Below, one piece after another: positions 14,976 to 26,502 of a stretch of 64,000 nt of DNA. Where the stretch lies: positions 33,542,001 through 33,606,000 of the forward strand of contig OZ024753.1 of assembly GCA_964016885.1 (NCBI GenBank), given 5' to 3'. The notes below the pieces were generated by a model. That model had not been told where the DNA came from. It was given only the letters and a program-made list of their open reading frames with translations, and made no database searches. The stretch is from Eledone cirrhosa (Eukaryota). The number at the start of each line of letters is the position of its first letter. Position 1 is the stretch's first letter. The position numbers and the translations under genes were made by a program.

Positions 14976-15062
14976 ATATATATGCATACAAGTATATATG
15001 TATATATCTGTGTGTGTGTGCATATATATATATATGCGTGTGTGCATATATATATATATTTA

Positions 15063-15270
15063 GTGAAAGAGTCAGGACCCCGACAGTTGAGCTCCGGCCG
15101 TTTTGACAGCTAGATCCGAACTGATCTAGCGTTCGGATCTAGCTGTCAAAATGGCCAGAGCTCAGCCATCAGGGTCCTGAGTCTTTACTATTACCCACTC
15201 TACTATCCTAAGTATCGAGTACTCTGGTGTGTTATGGTCCACCTAGTTTATTACCACACTTCCTTTGTTG

Positions 15271-15272
<2 letters not shown>
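15063..15272 (+). mobile_element. Short fold-back family carrying the 3' half of a hammerhead; other copies at 10526-10652, 10746-10862 and 53277-53434
   Basis: Best-preserved copy reads GAAA-CGGC-loop-GCCG-TC-GGGG. All copies share the tail GAGTACTCTGGTGCATTATGGTCCA. Confidence 0.7.
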
Positions 15273-15319
<47 letters not shown>

Positions 15320-15552
15320 TACAAGTATATATGTATATATCTTTTTGTGTGTGTATATATATATATATATAAATATATACGCATACAAGTATATATGTAT
15401 ATATCTTTATATATATATAAGCATATACTTATATAAGTATGCTTGCACTTCTATCAAAATATACATCTTTAAATTTTCATATACTTCCCTATATACATAA
15501 ATAGCAATAACAACAGATATAAGCATACTAACTAGTACATTATATATATATA

Positions 15553-16148
15553 TATTGTTATACTTTGGGAGGGTCATGTTGCCAATAAGAAACACACGCA
15601 CCAGTTGCAGTCACTTCAATTTATTATATATTTATAAATTTACAAATCTACAAACTTATAAATTTCTGGTTGGTTGGTTGGTTCCACAACCAGATAGTTG
15701 TTTATATATAGTCGTAGTCCTTTCGTCACACACTCTGTGACCTCTTCAGTGACTGGGGATTCCTTTCTTTGTTTCTGTGCCTTTCCTTTCTTCTGTCCTA
15801 CGCCATTTTGTTTCTGTGAACAAGAAACAAAATGGCGTAGGACAGAAGAAAGGAAAGGCACAGAAAAAAAGAAAGGAATCCCAGTCACTGAAGAGGTCAC
15901 AGAGTGTGTGACGAAAGGACTATGACTATATATAAACAACTATCTGGTTGTGGAACGAACCAACCAACCAGAAATTTATAAGTTTGTAGATTTGTAAATT
16001 TATAAATTTATAAATATATAATAAATTGAAGTGAAAGCAACTGGTGCGTGTGTTTCTTATTGGCAACATGACCCTCCCAAAGTATAACAATACCGGTTTC
16101 AACACACGATTTCAGATAAAGAATCTTGCTAAACAAATTCAGAAACGA
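15553..16148 (+). mobile_element. ~540-bp palindrome of two hammerhead-bearing terminal repeats plus a ~56-bp 3' tail
   Basis: Arms 15553-15814 and 15824-16092. A longer, non-inverted copy at ~58460-58932 carries the same tail. Confidence 0.85.
15883..15927 (+). ncRNA. Type I hammerhead ribozyme (mirror copy on minus strand at 15710-15754)
   Basis: AGTCA-CTGAAGA-G-GTCACA..TGTGAC-GAAA-GGAC-TA-TGACT. Confidence 0.75.
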
Positions 16149-16889
16149 TATATATATATATATATATGTATATTCAACGATAGATAGCAAAAGAAATATA
16201 TATAACATATTTTTCCTATACAGATTCATATGAATTTCAATTTCAGCATCTGAAAAGGTTTTATAGACTTAGTGGTTGTAGACAAATATAGAAATACATT
16301 TGCAGGTATTATGAAAGATACAATTAAGATACCAAAATAGTAAATATTGAATATGATGTTTATATTCTTCAGTATATTTATGTGTTTTTGTGCATGTGCA
16401 CACCAAGTCTTTAGTCTACAGTAATATGTGTATGTATGTATATATGGATGCTTTTAAATGTGTGTGTTTGAATCATATGCATATGTATGGCTCTGTATAT
16501 GCACATGTATTTATGTTAGGATGCATCAATGTATGCATATATATATATATATATATGTATTAATTCCTGTAAATATTTTCATGTATATGTGTAAGCAGGC
16601 ATGTAGGCATGCATGAATTTGTGTATGCCGCTTGATATAAATATAAATGTGAAACTGTATACATGCACGTATATGTGTATACACCAATTTGTATGCATAT
16701 ATAAGTCTGTATATGAGACTATATATGTACATGAGGTTGTGTGTAGAAATATATATGACAACTCTGCATATGTGCCTGTTTGTATAATCATGTGCATATA
16801 CATAGGTACACTTTCATGCATGCATAATTTGTCAAGTGGGTATGTGCATATCTATGGATGCGTGCATGTATGTATGTGATTGTGTGAGT

Positions 16890-17043
16890 GAATATATATA
16901 TATACATACATACACATATATATACACATATATATATATATATACACATATATATATATATATATACACATATATATATATATATATACACATATATATA
17001 TATATATACACATATACACATATATATATATATATATATACAC

Positions 17044-17074
<31 letters not shown>

Positions 17075-17586
17075 TATATATATATATATACACATATATA
17101 TACACATACATATATATATCCATATATATACATACATATATATATACATACATATACACATACATATATATATCCATACATATACATATACATACATATA
17201 CACATACATATATATATCCATACATATACATATACATACATATCCATATATATATCCATACATATATACATACATATATATACATATATATATACATACA
17301 TATACATATACATACATATACATATATATATATACATATATACACATATATATATACACATATATATACACATATCCATATATATATCCATATATATATA
17401 CATACATATATACATACATATATCCATATATATATACATACATATATACATACATATATATATATATACATATATACATACACATATACATACATATACA
17501 TATACATATATATACATATATATATACATATATATATACATATATATATACATATATATATACATATATATATACATATATATATA

Positions 17587-17619
<33 letters not shown>

Positions 17620-17786
17620 ACATATACATATACATATATATATATACATATATATATACATATATATATACATATATATATACATATACATATATATATA
17701 CATATACATATACATATATATACATATATATATACATATATATATACATATATATATACATATATATATACATATACATATATATA

Positions 17787-17819
<33 letters not shown>

Positions 17820-17827
17820 ACATATAC

Positions 17828-17864
<37 letters not shown>

Positions 17865-17865
17865 C

Positions 17866-17920
<55 letters not shown>

Positions 17921-18145
17921 CATACATATATATATACATATATATATACATATATATATACATATATATATACATATATACATATATACATATATATATA
18001 CATATATATATACATATATATATATATACATATATATATACATATATATATATATACATATATACATATATACATATATACATACATATATACATACATA
18101 AATATATCCTTATATATATATACTTATACATATATATATACATAT
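16890..18145. repeat. Long (TA/CA) compound microsatellite
   Basis: Directly visible. Confidence 0.97.
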
Positions 18146-18820
18146 GTGGCCGGTGCTATGGTGCAATAAGTAGCAACAAGTGCCCACAAAATACAAGCTC
18201 ACTCCATTGCACAAATGGTTCTATAGAAATAGTGGACAGCTTCCGTTACCTGGGTGACACAATCAGCAGGGGGCGGAGGGCTCTGAAAGTACAGTAGCTA
18301 GAGTCAGAACGGGATGGAAAAAGTTCAGAGAGCTTATACCACTATTGGCCGCTAAAGGGTTCTTCGTAAAAATGAACGGCAGGCTGTATGATGCCCTCAT
18401 ACGAATAGCAATGTTGCATGGCAGTGAGACCTGAGCATTGTCTACAGAGGATATACGCAGACTGGAGAGGAATGAAACTTGCATGCTCCGCTGGATGTGT
18501 AACAGTAATATACGAGAACGGCAAAGCATAAACGAACTAAGGGAAAAATTAGAAATAAGAGGGATCAGAAGTTGTTTACTCGAGAGAAGACTACGTTGGT
18601 ATGGTCATGTGATGCGCATGCAAGACGACAGCTGTATAACAAAGTGCAGGGCAATAAAAATAGAGGGAGGCCACGGAGTAGGCAGACCCAGAAAGACCTG
18701 GGACGACTTGATAAATTCCGACCTCACACACTTACACTTCTCCAAGACAATGTCACTGGACCGAGACCTTTGGCGGTAATCAGTAATAGAGAAGACCCGC
18801 CTTACCTAAGTACAAAGTGA
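18146..18820 (+). pseudogene. Decayed RTE-clade LINE 3' fragment
   Basis: [56 protein letters not shown], with a frameshift and a stop. Confidence 0.88.
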
Positions 18821-18898
18821 AACCTACTACAGTCAGTAGGCACCTCTAACAAAATACACCCCCCGTCCCACTACCCCCACCCCATCCACACTGCCCCT

Positions 18899-19199
18899 TT
18901 CAATGTAAAGTTATGTTGGTACCAAAACATCGAGCCCGAAACAAATGAGATCGTGTAGGTGTCACGACAAAAAAAACACACAGTCCACGCTGTAATGTGG
19001 CCGTGTAGGTAACACAGTAAAAACCTCCCAGTTCCACACTGTAAATGTGGTTGGTGTTAGGAAGGGCATCCAGCCATAGAAAACCCGCCAGGCAGTCCTC
19101 TGCGAGCAAGACAACCATTCTTGCCTCAAGTGGGAAAACTCTCGTCCAAACCCATGCAAGCGTGGAATATGGATGTTAAACGATGATGATGATGATGAT
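18899..19199 (+). mobile_element. RTE-tailed short element; copies at 6923-7216 (-), 19273-19430 (-), related 12290-12603 (+), 54840-55030 (-), 63752-63930 (-)
   Basis: GTTAGGAAGGGCATCC ... AACCCATGCAAGCGTGGAA..GTTAAACGATGATG 3' end. Confidence 0.8.
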
Positions 19200-19571
19200 A
19201 TATATATACATATACATATATATACATATACATATATACATATATAGATATATACATATATACATATATATATCATCATCATCATCGTTTAACGTCCGTG
19301 TTCCACACTTGCATGGGTTTGGACGGAGGGTTTTCCCACTTGAGGCAAGAGTGGTTATCTTGCTCGCATAGGACTATCTAGCGGGTTTTCTACAGCTGGA
19401 TGTCCTTCCTAACACCAAACACATTTACAGTATATACATATATACATAAATATACACATATATATATATATATACACATATATATATATATACATATATA
19501 TATATACACATATATATATATACACATATATATATACACACATATATATATACACACATATATATATACAC

Positions 19572-19602
<31 letters not shown>

Positions 19603-19739
19603 CACATATATATATATATATACATATACACATATATATATATACATACATATATATATACATATACATATATATATACATATACATACATATATATATA
19701 CATATACATATATATATACATATACATATATATATACAT

Positions 19740-19947
19740 ATGGTGACTGCCAACTCGTTTTCGAGTACGGCCACTACTTTATATCCATGTAGGAGAACTC
19801 CTACCGATGCGCTGAACGAGTGTGACTTTGTAGTCTCAGCCAGTGACTTGAAAACTCTGGTACAAACACTACACTTGTGACAATTATGGACACATAGTGC
19901 TGGGCCCATGGTACCATGAGATGACAAGGGCAGAGAGATCTCCAGAT
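19740..19947 (-). mobile_element. 5'-truncated copy of the bipartite RTE-derived element
   Basis: Matches the 3' ~200 bp of 36111-36720. Confidence 0.8.
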
Positions 19948-20019
19948 ATATATATATATATACATACACACATATATACACATACATATATATATATACA
20001 TATATACATACATATATAT

Positions 20020-20050
<31 letters not shown>

Positions 20051-20051
20051 C

Positions 20052-20092
20052 ATGATGGCTGCCCCCTCGTTATCGAGTATGGCCATTGCACA

Positions 20093-20094
<2 letters not shown>
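20052..20094 (-). mobile_element. Displaced 3' terminus of the RTE element at 32429-34553
   Basis: Minus strand GCAATGGCCATACTCGATAACGAGGGGGCAGCCATC resembles the 3' end of the neighbouring RTE derivatives (GTAGTGGCCGTACTCGAAAACGAGTTGGCAGCCACC), including the CTCG-loop-CGAG hairpin. Confidence 0.8.
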
Positions 20095-20183
<89 letters not shown>

Positions 20184-20445
20184 TTTCTTTATTAACCACA
20201 AGGGTTTACATAAAGTAGACATTAAGGACAGTGCAGGACAATGCAGGACGGTACAAATGGGCATTTCTGCGTGTAAAAAAAAACAAAAATAGAGGATGTA
20301 ACAAAAATAACAATGAAAATAACAATGAAAAATTCCCCAATAGGGGGGAGACTTCGGAGGGACATTTGTGGAGAAAGCCCAGTAAAAAGCCACAATGACC
20401 CTGACCACCAAGGCAAGTGCCCTCTCCCAGTTTTCCACCTTTAGT

Positions 20446-23400
20446 TTACAGATATATACTCAGAGTCGGCCCATTCACTCGGGCCATTCTTGCTTCTCTC
20501 ACCCATCTTTCAACAAAATGCTGGGAAGAGAGCACTTCCTTCTCTACTCTGATTTTCCTTTTCAAATGAAATTTGAAAAAGTCAATCAGAGCATCACCGA
20601 AGAGGTAAGTGCTCGTCTTCAGCCCTTTCAAACGTGTCCACCATACTATCTCTTTCGCCATGGCCACCAGACAGATAAAAACTGCCTGCCCTTCCCGGCT
20701 AAAGGAGGAGGGCGGGGCAATCCTCACGATGGACTCAGATGATAGCTGGATCCGTCCTAAACGCGACAGCAGGTGTTCGACATAAACCCACAAGTCAGCA
20801 ATTTTCGGACACTGGACGAGTGCGTGCAGGACGGTTTCGTCGCCCTGCGCGCATCTCGGACATGCCCGGCTGACGGCACCTCCATGCCTGTAGAGTTTAT
20901 CCCGAACTGGCAAGGCTCCTCGGTAGCACTGCCAGGCCAGAGATTTCTGGAAGTTGTCCATAGGCCCTGGCCCGAAAGTTCTTCCGAAGAGATTGGCTAG
21001 TTGATTTTCGTCGACGCCTAGAGTTTCCCCAAGTACGTCGTCGCTCTTCCCCTCCACTAATCCTCTATAGAACGCCGAGGTGGAGTTTCCACCGATCACA
21101 TTGCCCGATTGGTCGAGGGCTGTGAGCGCCTGAAGACATTCCAGTCTCCAGGCGCTCCCTCTCGGTCTTCGCTTGACCCAGGACTGCAGCTCCGTCAAGG
21201 AAACGAGCTGGGGAAAAACGCGTCTAGCAAACGGCGACCACACCTGATCACCGTCGAGGAAGAGGTGGAGATGTCGTAGCCTGAGCGCGTGCCTGCGCAT
21301 CATCAGCCACGGCATGCCCAGCCCTCCACGTAGCGGGTGTTGACAACAGATGGACCGCCTGACCATCGGAGCACGTCCCTTCCACAAAAAGCGAAAGAGC
21401 AAACGCTCCAGCGCAGTCAGGCGAGGCTTAGGACAAGGTACGACGGTTAGGCGGTAGCAGATGACAGACGCGATGTACGCGTTAGCCACCTCCGCTCGAC
21501 CTTTCAGGGATAGCTTCCTCTCCGCCCATTTCTGGGTGAGAGAAGCCACCCTGCTCGTCACCTCGTCCCAGTTTTTGTCCGTCTGGAGGTCCGGACCGAA
21601 CCAGACCCCTAGCAATTTAACCGGTCCGTCCGTCCAGCGCCCGACGACGCTGTTGGACGGCATGGACCTGCCTCTCCAGGTGCCGAGCTGCAGGCCCACT
21701 GACTTTTCCTGGTTGATCATTGCTCCTGTCACCGCTTCGTATTCTCTTAGTGTAGTGCCGATCGCCTCGATGTGTTTGGCGTTCGACACCACTACGGTGA
21801 CATCGTCCGCATATGCTGACACGGATCTTCCGCATCCTAGTTCGCGCGGGACTCCCCTCAACGTCTCCAGTTTGTGCAGTAATGGCTCGAGAGTCAATAC
21901 GTACAAGAGGGACGAGAGGGGACATCCTTGGCGGACCGAGCGCATGATGTTGAACGGTTCCGACAGGTGACCGTTCACTCTCACCACAGAGCAGATGTCG
22001 CTGTGCATGGCAGCGATCCAGCCTCTGAAGACGGGCCCAAAGCCAGCCGCCCTCAGGACTGCCGCTAGGTAACGATGGTCGACCCTATCGAAAGCTTTCG
22101 ACTGATCTAAATTGATCAAGGACCCACCCGTGCCAGGTTCCCTAGCTACCCTCTCTACGATGTATCGCATGAGGTGGAGGTTGTCGTGGATGGATCTGTC
22201 GGGAATGGCGCATGTCTGCGCCTCTCCCACCAGACCACCAACGACAAGCGCCAACCTCTTTGCTAGCACCTTGGCCAAAATCTTAAACTCTGTGTTTAGC
22301 AGAGTTATGGGCCGGAAATTGTCTATGTTATCCCCCTTGTTCGGATCCTTTCTCAGCAGTGCCACCGCTCCTCGGCTCACAGAACTGGGAATTCTCCCGT
22401 TCTGTTGCCAGTTGCAGTAGACGTCCGCCAAGAGGCCTCCGAACAAGTCTGGCATCTGTACGTAAAGTTCATAGGGCAGACCATCCAAACCAGGCGATTT
22501 ACCCCTTGTGCAGCCAGTCATTGCCTCCCGTACTTCAGCGGCTGTTATCGGCTTTTCGCAACACCTCGCCTCAGTGGCCGAGAGCCGCGGCAGCCCGTCG
22601 AGGTAGACACTAAAGTCCATCCCTCTACCCGGCCCCCCGCTGCCCCCGAACAGCTGAGCGAAGTGTCGCTGAAAAGCTTCACACATTTGCCCGGGATCGA
22701 GTAGCATGCGCCCGTCGTGGTCCACCAAAGACCGGATCGTGGCTTTGTTGCCACGACGCGCCTCCGCCACTCGGGCCCATTGAACGGCTTTCGTCCCCTC
22801 GTGTCTGAGAGCACGCACCCTAGCTCTGACAACGCAGCCTTCGTGCTTTGCATTGAAGAATTGGTCAAGGGCCAATTTCGCCGCAAGCACGTCGGTCGCA
22901 ATGCCTTTGCTAAGCGCCTCGTCTAATTTTCTAACTAGTTCTCCCTCTGCTCTATTTTTCTCTATTGCTAAAGCCTTACTAAACCTAATCGATTCTATTC
23001 TAATCGCTCTTTTCAGAGCAAACCACCACTTGTTGTTGACGATGGCCCCCGTCAACGCCCGCTTAACTAGTTCGCTAATCCGGTCTCTGTAGGCCTTGCG
23101 CGCTGGTAAGGACGCGTTTAGCTTCCAGTAGCCGGGTCCTCGTCTATGAAGCCTATCTAAGTCAAGCACACAGGTCACGAATTTGTGGTCCGTGTAGCTG
23201 ACTATCTTGAATTGTGGACAGCCTATGCTAGACCTATCTATTTCCCTACAAAATACTCTATCTAGATATGATCTGGATGACCCTATGCGGTTTGTCCAAG
23301 TCCACATTGGCACATTCGGGAAATCCAATCGGTACCTGTCAGACAGTTCAAAACGCCTGAGCAGGTTGGTGAGGCTTTTGCACCCTCCACCCCTATCCGC

Positions 23401-23865
23401 TAATCCCACACAGTCCCAGCGTGCATCTAAGATCCCGTTCCAGTCGCCCACTAACACTAAAGAGCGGGACGTTCCAAGAAAGGTCTCCAGACGCCGGAAG
23501 AAATCAGGCCGCCCTGCTCCTGTCGGGGCATAGACGGCCACTAGCCTGAAAGATTGCCCGTCTCCGCTGGTCACGTCCAGCACCACCAGCTTACCCTCTG
23601 GGTCCAGGAAGATGGCCCGTATGGCGAGATCCAAACCTCTCCGAAAAAGTACAGCAACTCCTCCACCGGATCCAGGACGGCTGGGAGATGCGTACACATC
23701 GTAGCCGCCGAAGATCGGTGCGAAGGCCCGTGCTTCGGAGATTCTGGTCTCGCTGATGGCCACTACATCTATGTTTAGTGACCTGAGGTCGTTGAGCAGG
23801 TGACCCTGCTTCCATGACGACCCCAAGCCACGCGCATTTATGCTGCCTATTCTGAGTGAGGTCAT
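20446..23865 (-). CDS. Tx1-type ORF2: APE endonuclease + reverse transcriptase + C-terminal zf-RVT (1139 aa)
   Basis: APE motifs GSINARG, SET, VYAP, GDWN, YLDRVF, TDH; RT motifs KSPGLDG, FRPITLLN, KAFDRV, VRQGCPLS, YADD; C-terminal CPRC...ETVLHALVQC. No stops. Confidence 0.96.
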   Translation of the reverse strand: MTSLRIGSINARGLGSSWKQGHLLNDLRSLNIDVVAISETRISEARAFAPIFGGYDVYASPSRPGSGGGVAVLFRRGLDLAIRAIFLDPEGKLVVLDVTSGDGQSFRLVAVYAPTGAGRPDFFRRLETFLGTSRSLVLVGDWNGILDARWDCVGLADRGGGCKSLTNLLRRFELSDRYRLDFPNVPMWTWTNRIGSSRSYLDRVFCREIDRSSIGCPQFKIVSYTDHKFVTCVLDLDRLHRRGPGYWKLNASLPARKAYRDRISELVKRALTGAIVNNKWWFALKRAIRIESIRFSKALAIEKNRAEGELVRKLDEALSKGIATDVLAAKLALDQFFNAKHEGCVVRARVRALRHEGTKAVQWARVAEARRGNKATIRSLVDHDGRMLLDPGQMCEAFQRHFAQLFGGSGGPGRGMDFSVYLDGLPRLSATEARCCEKPITAAEVREAMTGCTRGKSPGLDGLPYELYVQMPDLFGGLLADVYCNWQQNGRIPSSVSRGAVALLRKDPNKGDNIDNFRPITLLNTEFKILAKVLAKRLALVVGGLVGEAQTCAIPDRSIHDNLHLMRYIVERVAREPGTGGSLINLDQSKAFDRVDHRYLAAVLRAAGFGPVFRGWIAAMHSDICSVVRVNGHLSEPFNIMRSVRQGCPLSSLLYVLTLEPLLHKLETLRGVPRELGCGRSVSAYADDVTVVVSNAKHIEAIGTTLREYEAVTGAMINQEKSVGLQLGTWRGRSMPSNSVVGRWTDGPVKLLGVWFGPDLQTDKNWDEVTSRVASLTQKWAERKLSLKGRAEVANAYIASVICYRLTVVPCPKPRLTALERLLFRFLWKGRAPMVRRSICCQHPLRGGLGMPWLMMRRHALRLRHLHLFLDGDQVWSPFARRVFPQLVSLTELQSWVKRRPRGSAWRLECLQALTALDQSGNVIGGNSTSAFYRGLVEGKSDDVLGETLGVDENQLANLFGRTFGPGPMDNFQKSLAWQCYRGALPVRDKLYRHGGAVSRACPRCAQGDETVLHALVQCPKIADLWVYVEHLLSRLGRIQLSSESIVRIAPPSSFSREGQAVFICLVAMAKEIVWWTRLKGLKTSTYLFGDALIDFFKFHLKRKIRVEKEVLSSQHFVERWVREARMARVNGPTLSIYL

Positions 23866-23900
23866 GTTTAAAATAGAGTGGAAACGATGGGAAAGACCAC

Positions 23901-25997
23901 TTACCGTATTTTTGGTAGAGGAGGGATGGTTTTTACATCCCTTTTCACTTGATCGTCTGGTGAAGGGACCGTTGAATCGTCCCTTCGGCTGGTCGTCGGC
24001 TCTTCTAAGAGAATGTCTGAATATACTCTTCGATTAATGGTTCCTCCTAGGTCCCTGAAATCACCAACTGCGTTGGGGAATTTCGTTTTAATGTTTGTGT
24101 ATTGTTTCTGTGCTATTTTTAGCAGTCTTATGTTAGTTGGCGTTTTGATTGGTGCTGGTATTATGTAGTCCTGTTGTGAAATGTCTGTGTGTTCAATTAT
24201 GTAAGTCATTAGTTTCTTGTTGTGTGTGTTTATTGCCGTGCATTTGTTTTTCTGGGGGTGGGGTGTGGTTCTGCTATTTTCTTGTCGTTGTTGCTGGGTG
24301 TGTGTGTTTTGTTGTTGTGTTTGCGATGTTGGTGCTTGTGGTGGTGGTGTTGAAGGTGTTGTTGGCGGTGGGGTTGTCGCCGGTGGTGATGGTGGTGCTG
24401 GTGTGGGTGGTGATGGTGTTGGTGGTGTTGCTGCTGTGGGTCTCTTTGCAGTAGACTTTACCCTTTTCTCATTTCTTTCCTCCCTTTTCAAAGGCGACGA
24501 TGCGCTGCTTCTGCGTTTGTGCCTTCTTGCGACCTTTTGCCATCCCTCTCCCACCTCACACTCCATGTCTGATTCTGTAAGGTCGGGGAGGGGTACCAGC
24601 TCCACTCTTTCACTTGTTGTTGTTGGTGATGTTTGCACTGGAGTCTCTGTTGCAGCTGCATTTGGTATTGCTGTTGTTGTTGTTAATATTTCCACTGCTG
24701 CTGCTGTCTTTGATTTCCGTGGAGTGGGTATGGGTGCCACGGACCTATCGTTCCTGGTTGCCGCTTGTCCTGTTGCTGGTAGCCGTGGAGCCGGATTCGG
24801 AAGGAGGGGGGTTTTCTCCTTTCTCAGGGTCTTCTCGTTGCAGAAGGCCCTGAGGTGAGTCTTCGATCCACAGCGAAAGCATTTCGGGCGTTTGCCCTCA
24901 ACACTTATGGGCAGTTGAGTGCCGTTATCGAAGTCTATCACATCCGGGATAGCTTCGATGCACTCCTGGTTGGTTTGGATTAGCATCTCAATGGAGGAGC
25001 CGACCCAATCTTCTCTTACTTTTTTCTGTACTTGCAGTACAGTTGTTTTGTCCTCGATTCCGACGAGGACAGACGCGGCCAGCCAAGAAGGGGTCATTCC
25101 GGGGGGGACGTGGGTCAGTTTGACCCTCACAATTTTTTGCCCGCAGTAGGAGGGCACCAACACCATTTCCTCGCTCCTTAGGGTCACTACTGATTGGGCC
25201 TTTGCCTCCTGGGGTGTGGCAAAAAGTACGTCTACGGTGGCGTATTTTTTGCCTCGGGTGATGTGCGTTTTCCTCTGCCACACAGACCCCAAGGCTTTTT
25301 GTATTTGGGCCTCTGTGGCTCTTTCCACCCTACGGGATTTTGTACTTACTGTACGGTACGTGACCGTACAGTGCTCTTGGGTTTCGAAAAAATTTTTCGC
25401 TGCCTTGCAGATTGCTCGGTGTCCGTTCTTTGTCACCATCTTCTTCGCTTCCTCTAATTCCTCATTTGTTATGAGGATTGTTTCCAAGTTTTTCGCAATA
25501 CCTGCAAATGAGATTGGTTTTTCTCTGCTGTTGTTGTTGTCGTCAGAGCTGCTGGTACTTTTGTTGTTGCTGCAGGTACTACGACTACTGCCTCCGCCGC
25601 TGTTGCTGTGGTTGTTGTTGGTGTTGCTGCTGCTAATGCTGTTGTTGTTTATGCTGCTGGTGATGCTGTTGCGGCTGCTACTGTTGTTTTCATTGTCACT
25701 GTTGCTGTTGTTATTACGGCTGCGACTGCTATTATTCCTGAGGTCAGACGAATGAACTGGGTTTTCGTATTTCCCGCACACCTGTTTCGTCGCTGTCGTC
25801 GTCGTCGTGGAGAAACCTTGCACGCTTTGCACGAGACTTTTCTTTTCTTTCGTCGCTTGCGAAAGAGAAGGGAGGGAGAGAGACACATTTAAAGAAGGGA
25901 GGGAGAGAGACAATCTTCTCTCTGCTGTAGTGATGATTGAGGAAGAAGAAGACGGAATGAGTGGGAGTGACGTATGAAATTTCTTTTTGGTAGCCAT
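23901..25997 (-). CDS. Tx1-type ORF1 (gag-like nucleic-acid-binding protein)
   Basis: First ATG at 25997 (MATKKKF; the track start at 26030 is TTG). CCHC knuckle CFRCGSKTHLRAFC, Ser/Asn-rich N-terminus, GWQKVARRHKRR basic motif, Pro/Thr-rich tail. Confidence 0.9.
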   Translation of the reverse strand: MATKKKFHTSLPLIPSSSSSIITTAERRLSLSLPSLNVSLSLPSLSQATKEKKSLVQSVQGFSTTTTTATKQVCGKYENPVHSSDLRNNSSRSRNNNSNSDNENNSSSRNSITSSINNNSISSSNTNNNHSNSGGGSSRSTCSNNKSTSSSDDNNNSREKPISFAGIAKNLETILITNEELEEAKKMVTKNGHRAICKAAKNFFETQEHCTVTYRTVSTKSRRVERATEAQIQKALGSVWQRKTHITRGKKYATVDVLFATPQEAKAQSVVTLRSEEMVLVPSYCGQKIVRVKLTHVPPGMTPSWLAASVLVGIEDKTTVLQVQKKVREDWVGSSIEMLIQTNQECIEAIPDVIDFDNGTQLPISVEGKRPKCFRCGSKTHLRAFCNEKTLRKEKTPLLPNPAPRLPATGQAATRNDRSVAPIPTPRKSKTAAAVEILTTTTAIPNAAATETPVQTSPTTTSERVELVPLPDLTESDMECEVGEGWQKVARRHKRRSSASSPLKREERNEKRVKSTAKRPTAATPPTPSPPTPAPPSPPATTPPPTTPSTPPPQAPTSQTQQQNTHTQQQRQENSRTTPHPQKNKCTAINTHNKKLMTYIIEHTDISQQDYIIPAPIKTPTNIRLLKIAQKQYTNIKTKFPNAVGDFRDLGGTINRRVYSDILLEEPTTSRRDDSTVPSPDDQVKRDVKTIPPLPKIR

Positions 25998-26210
25998 GTT
26001 TTTTTGTTTAAAATGAAATTTTGGGTACAAAACCCCAATAACTGGTTATTTAACCCCGAAGGGCCAAATAACGGACAGAAAGACCCCTCTCACGAGGAGG
26101 AGGGTGTCTTTATCAACAATTTGGTTCAAGTTTTAAACAATTTACAATTGTTTTAACGGTTAAAAATTACTATACCTTACAGAGCCGAGCCTCCGTCAAC
26201 CATGGCATTC

Positions 26211-26242
<32 letters not shown>

Positions 26243-26502
26243 TTTCTTTATTAACCACAAGGGTTTACATAAAGTAGACATTAAGGACAGTGCAGGACAA
26301 TGCAGGACGGTACAAATGGGCATTTCTGCGTGTAAAAAAACAAAAACAGAGGATGTAACAAAAATAACAATGAAAATAACAATGAAAAATTCCCCAATAG
26401 GGGGGAGACTTCGGAGGGACATTTGTGGAGAAAGCCCAGTAAAAAGCCACAATGACCCTGACCACCAAGGCAAGTGCCCTCTCCCAGTTTTCCACCTTTA
26501 GT

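Larger units (their letters stand above)
20182..26210 (-). mobile_element. Full-length Tx1/L1-clade non-LTR retrotransposon, copy 1
   Basis: 5' end GAATGCCATGGTTGACGG at 26210, then ORF1, a 35-bp spacer, ORF2 and a 3' UTR ending AATAAAGAAATC followed by (ATT)n. GC-rich island in AT-rich DNA. Confidence 0.95.

Noticed and set aside
16788-18143. Long Y/I/C/V/M/H/T-rich ORFs (also 12550-13099, 36566-38605, 49617-50547 and others)
   Set aside because: Translations of TA/CA microsatellites, which lack stop codons in most frames.
24149-25892. Plus-strand ORFs of 76-213 aa inside Tx1 (and duplicates in copy 2)
   Set aside because: Antisense shadows of low-complexity or GC-rich coding sequence; no motifs.
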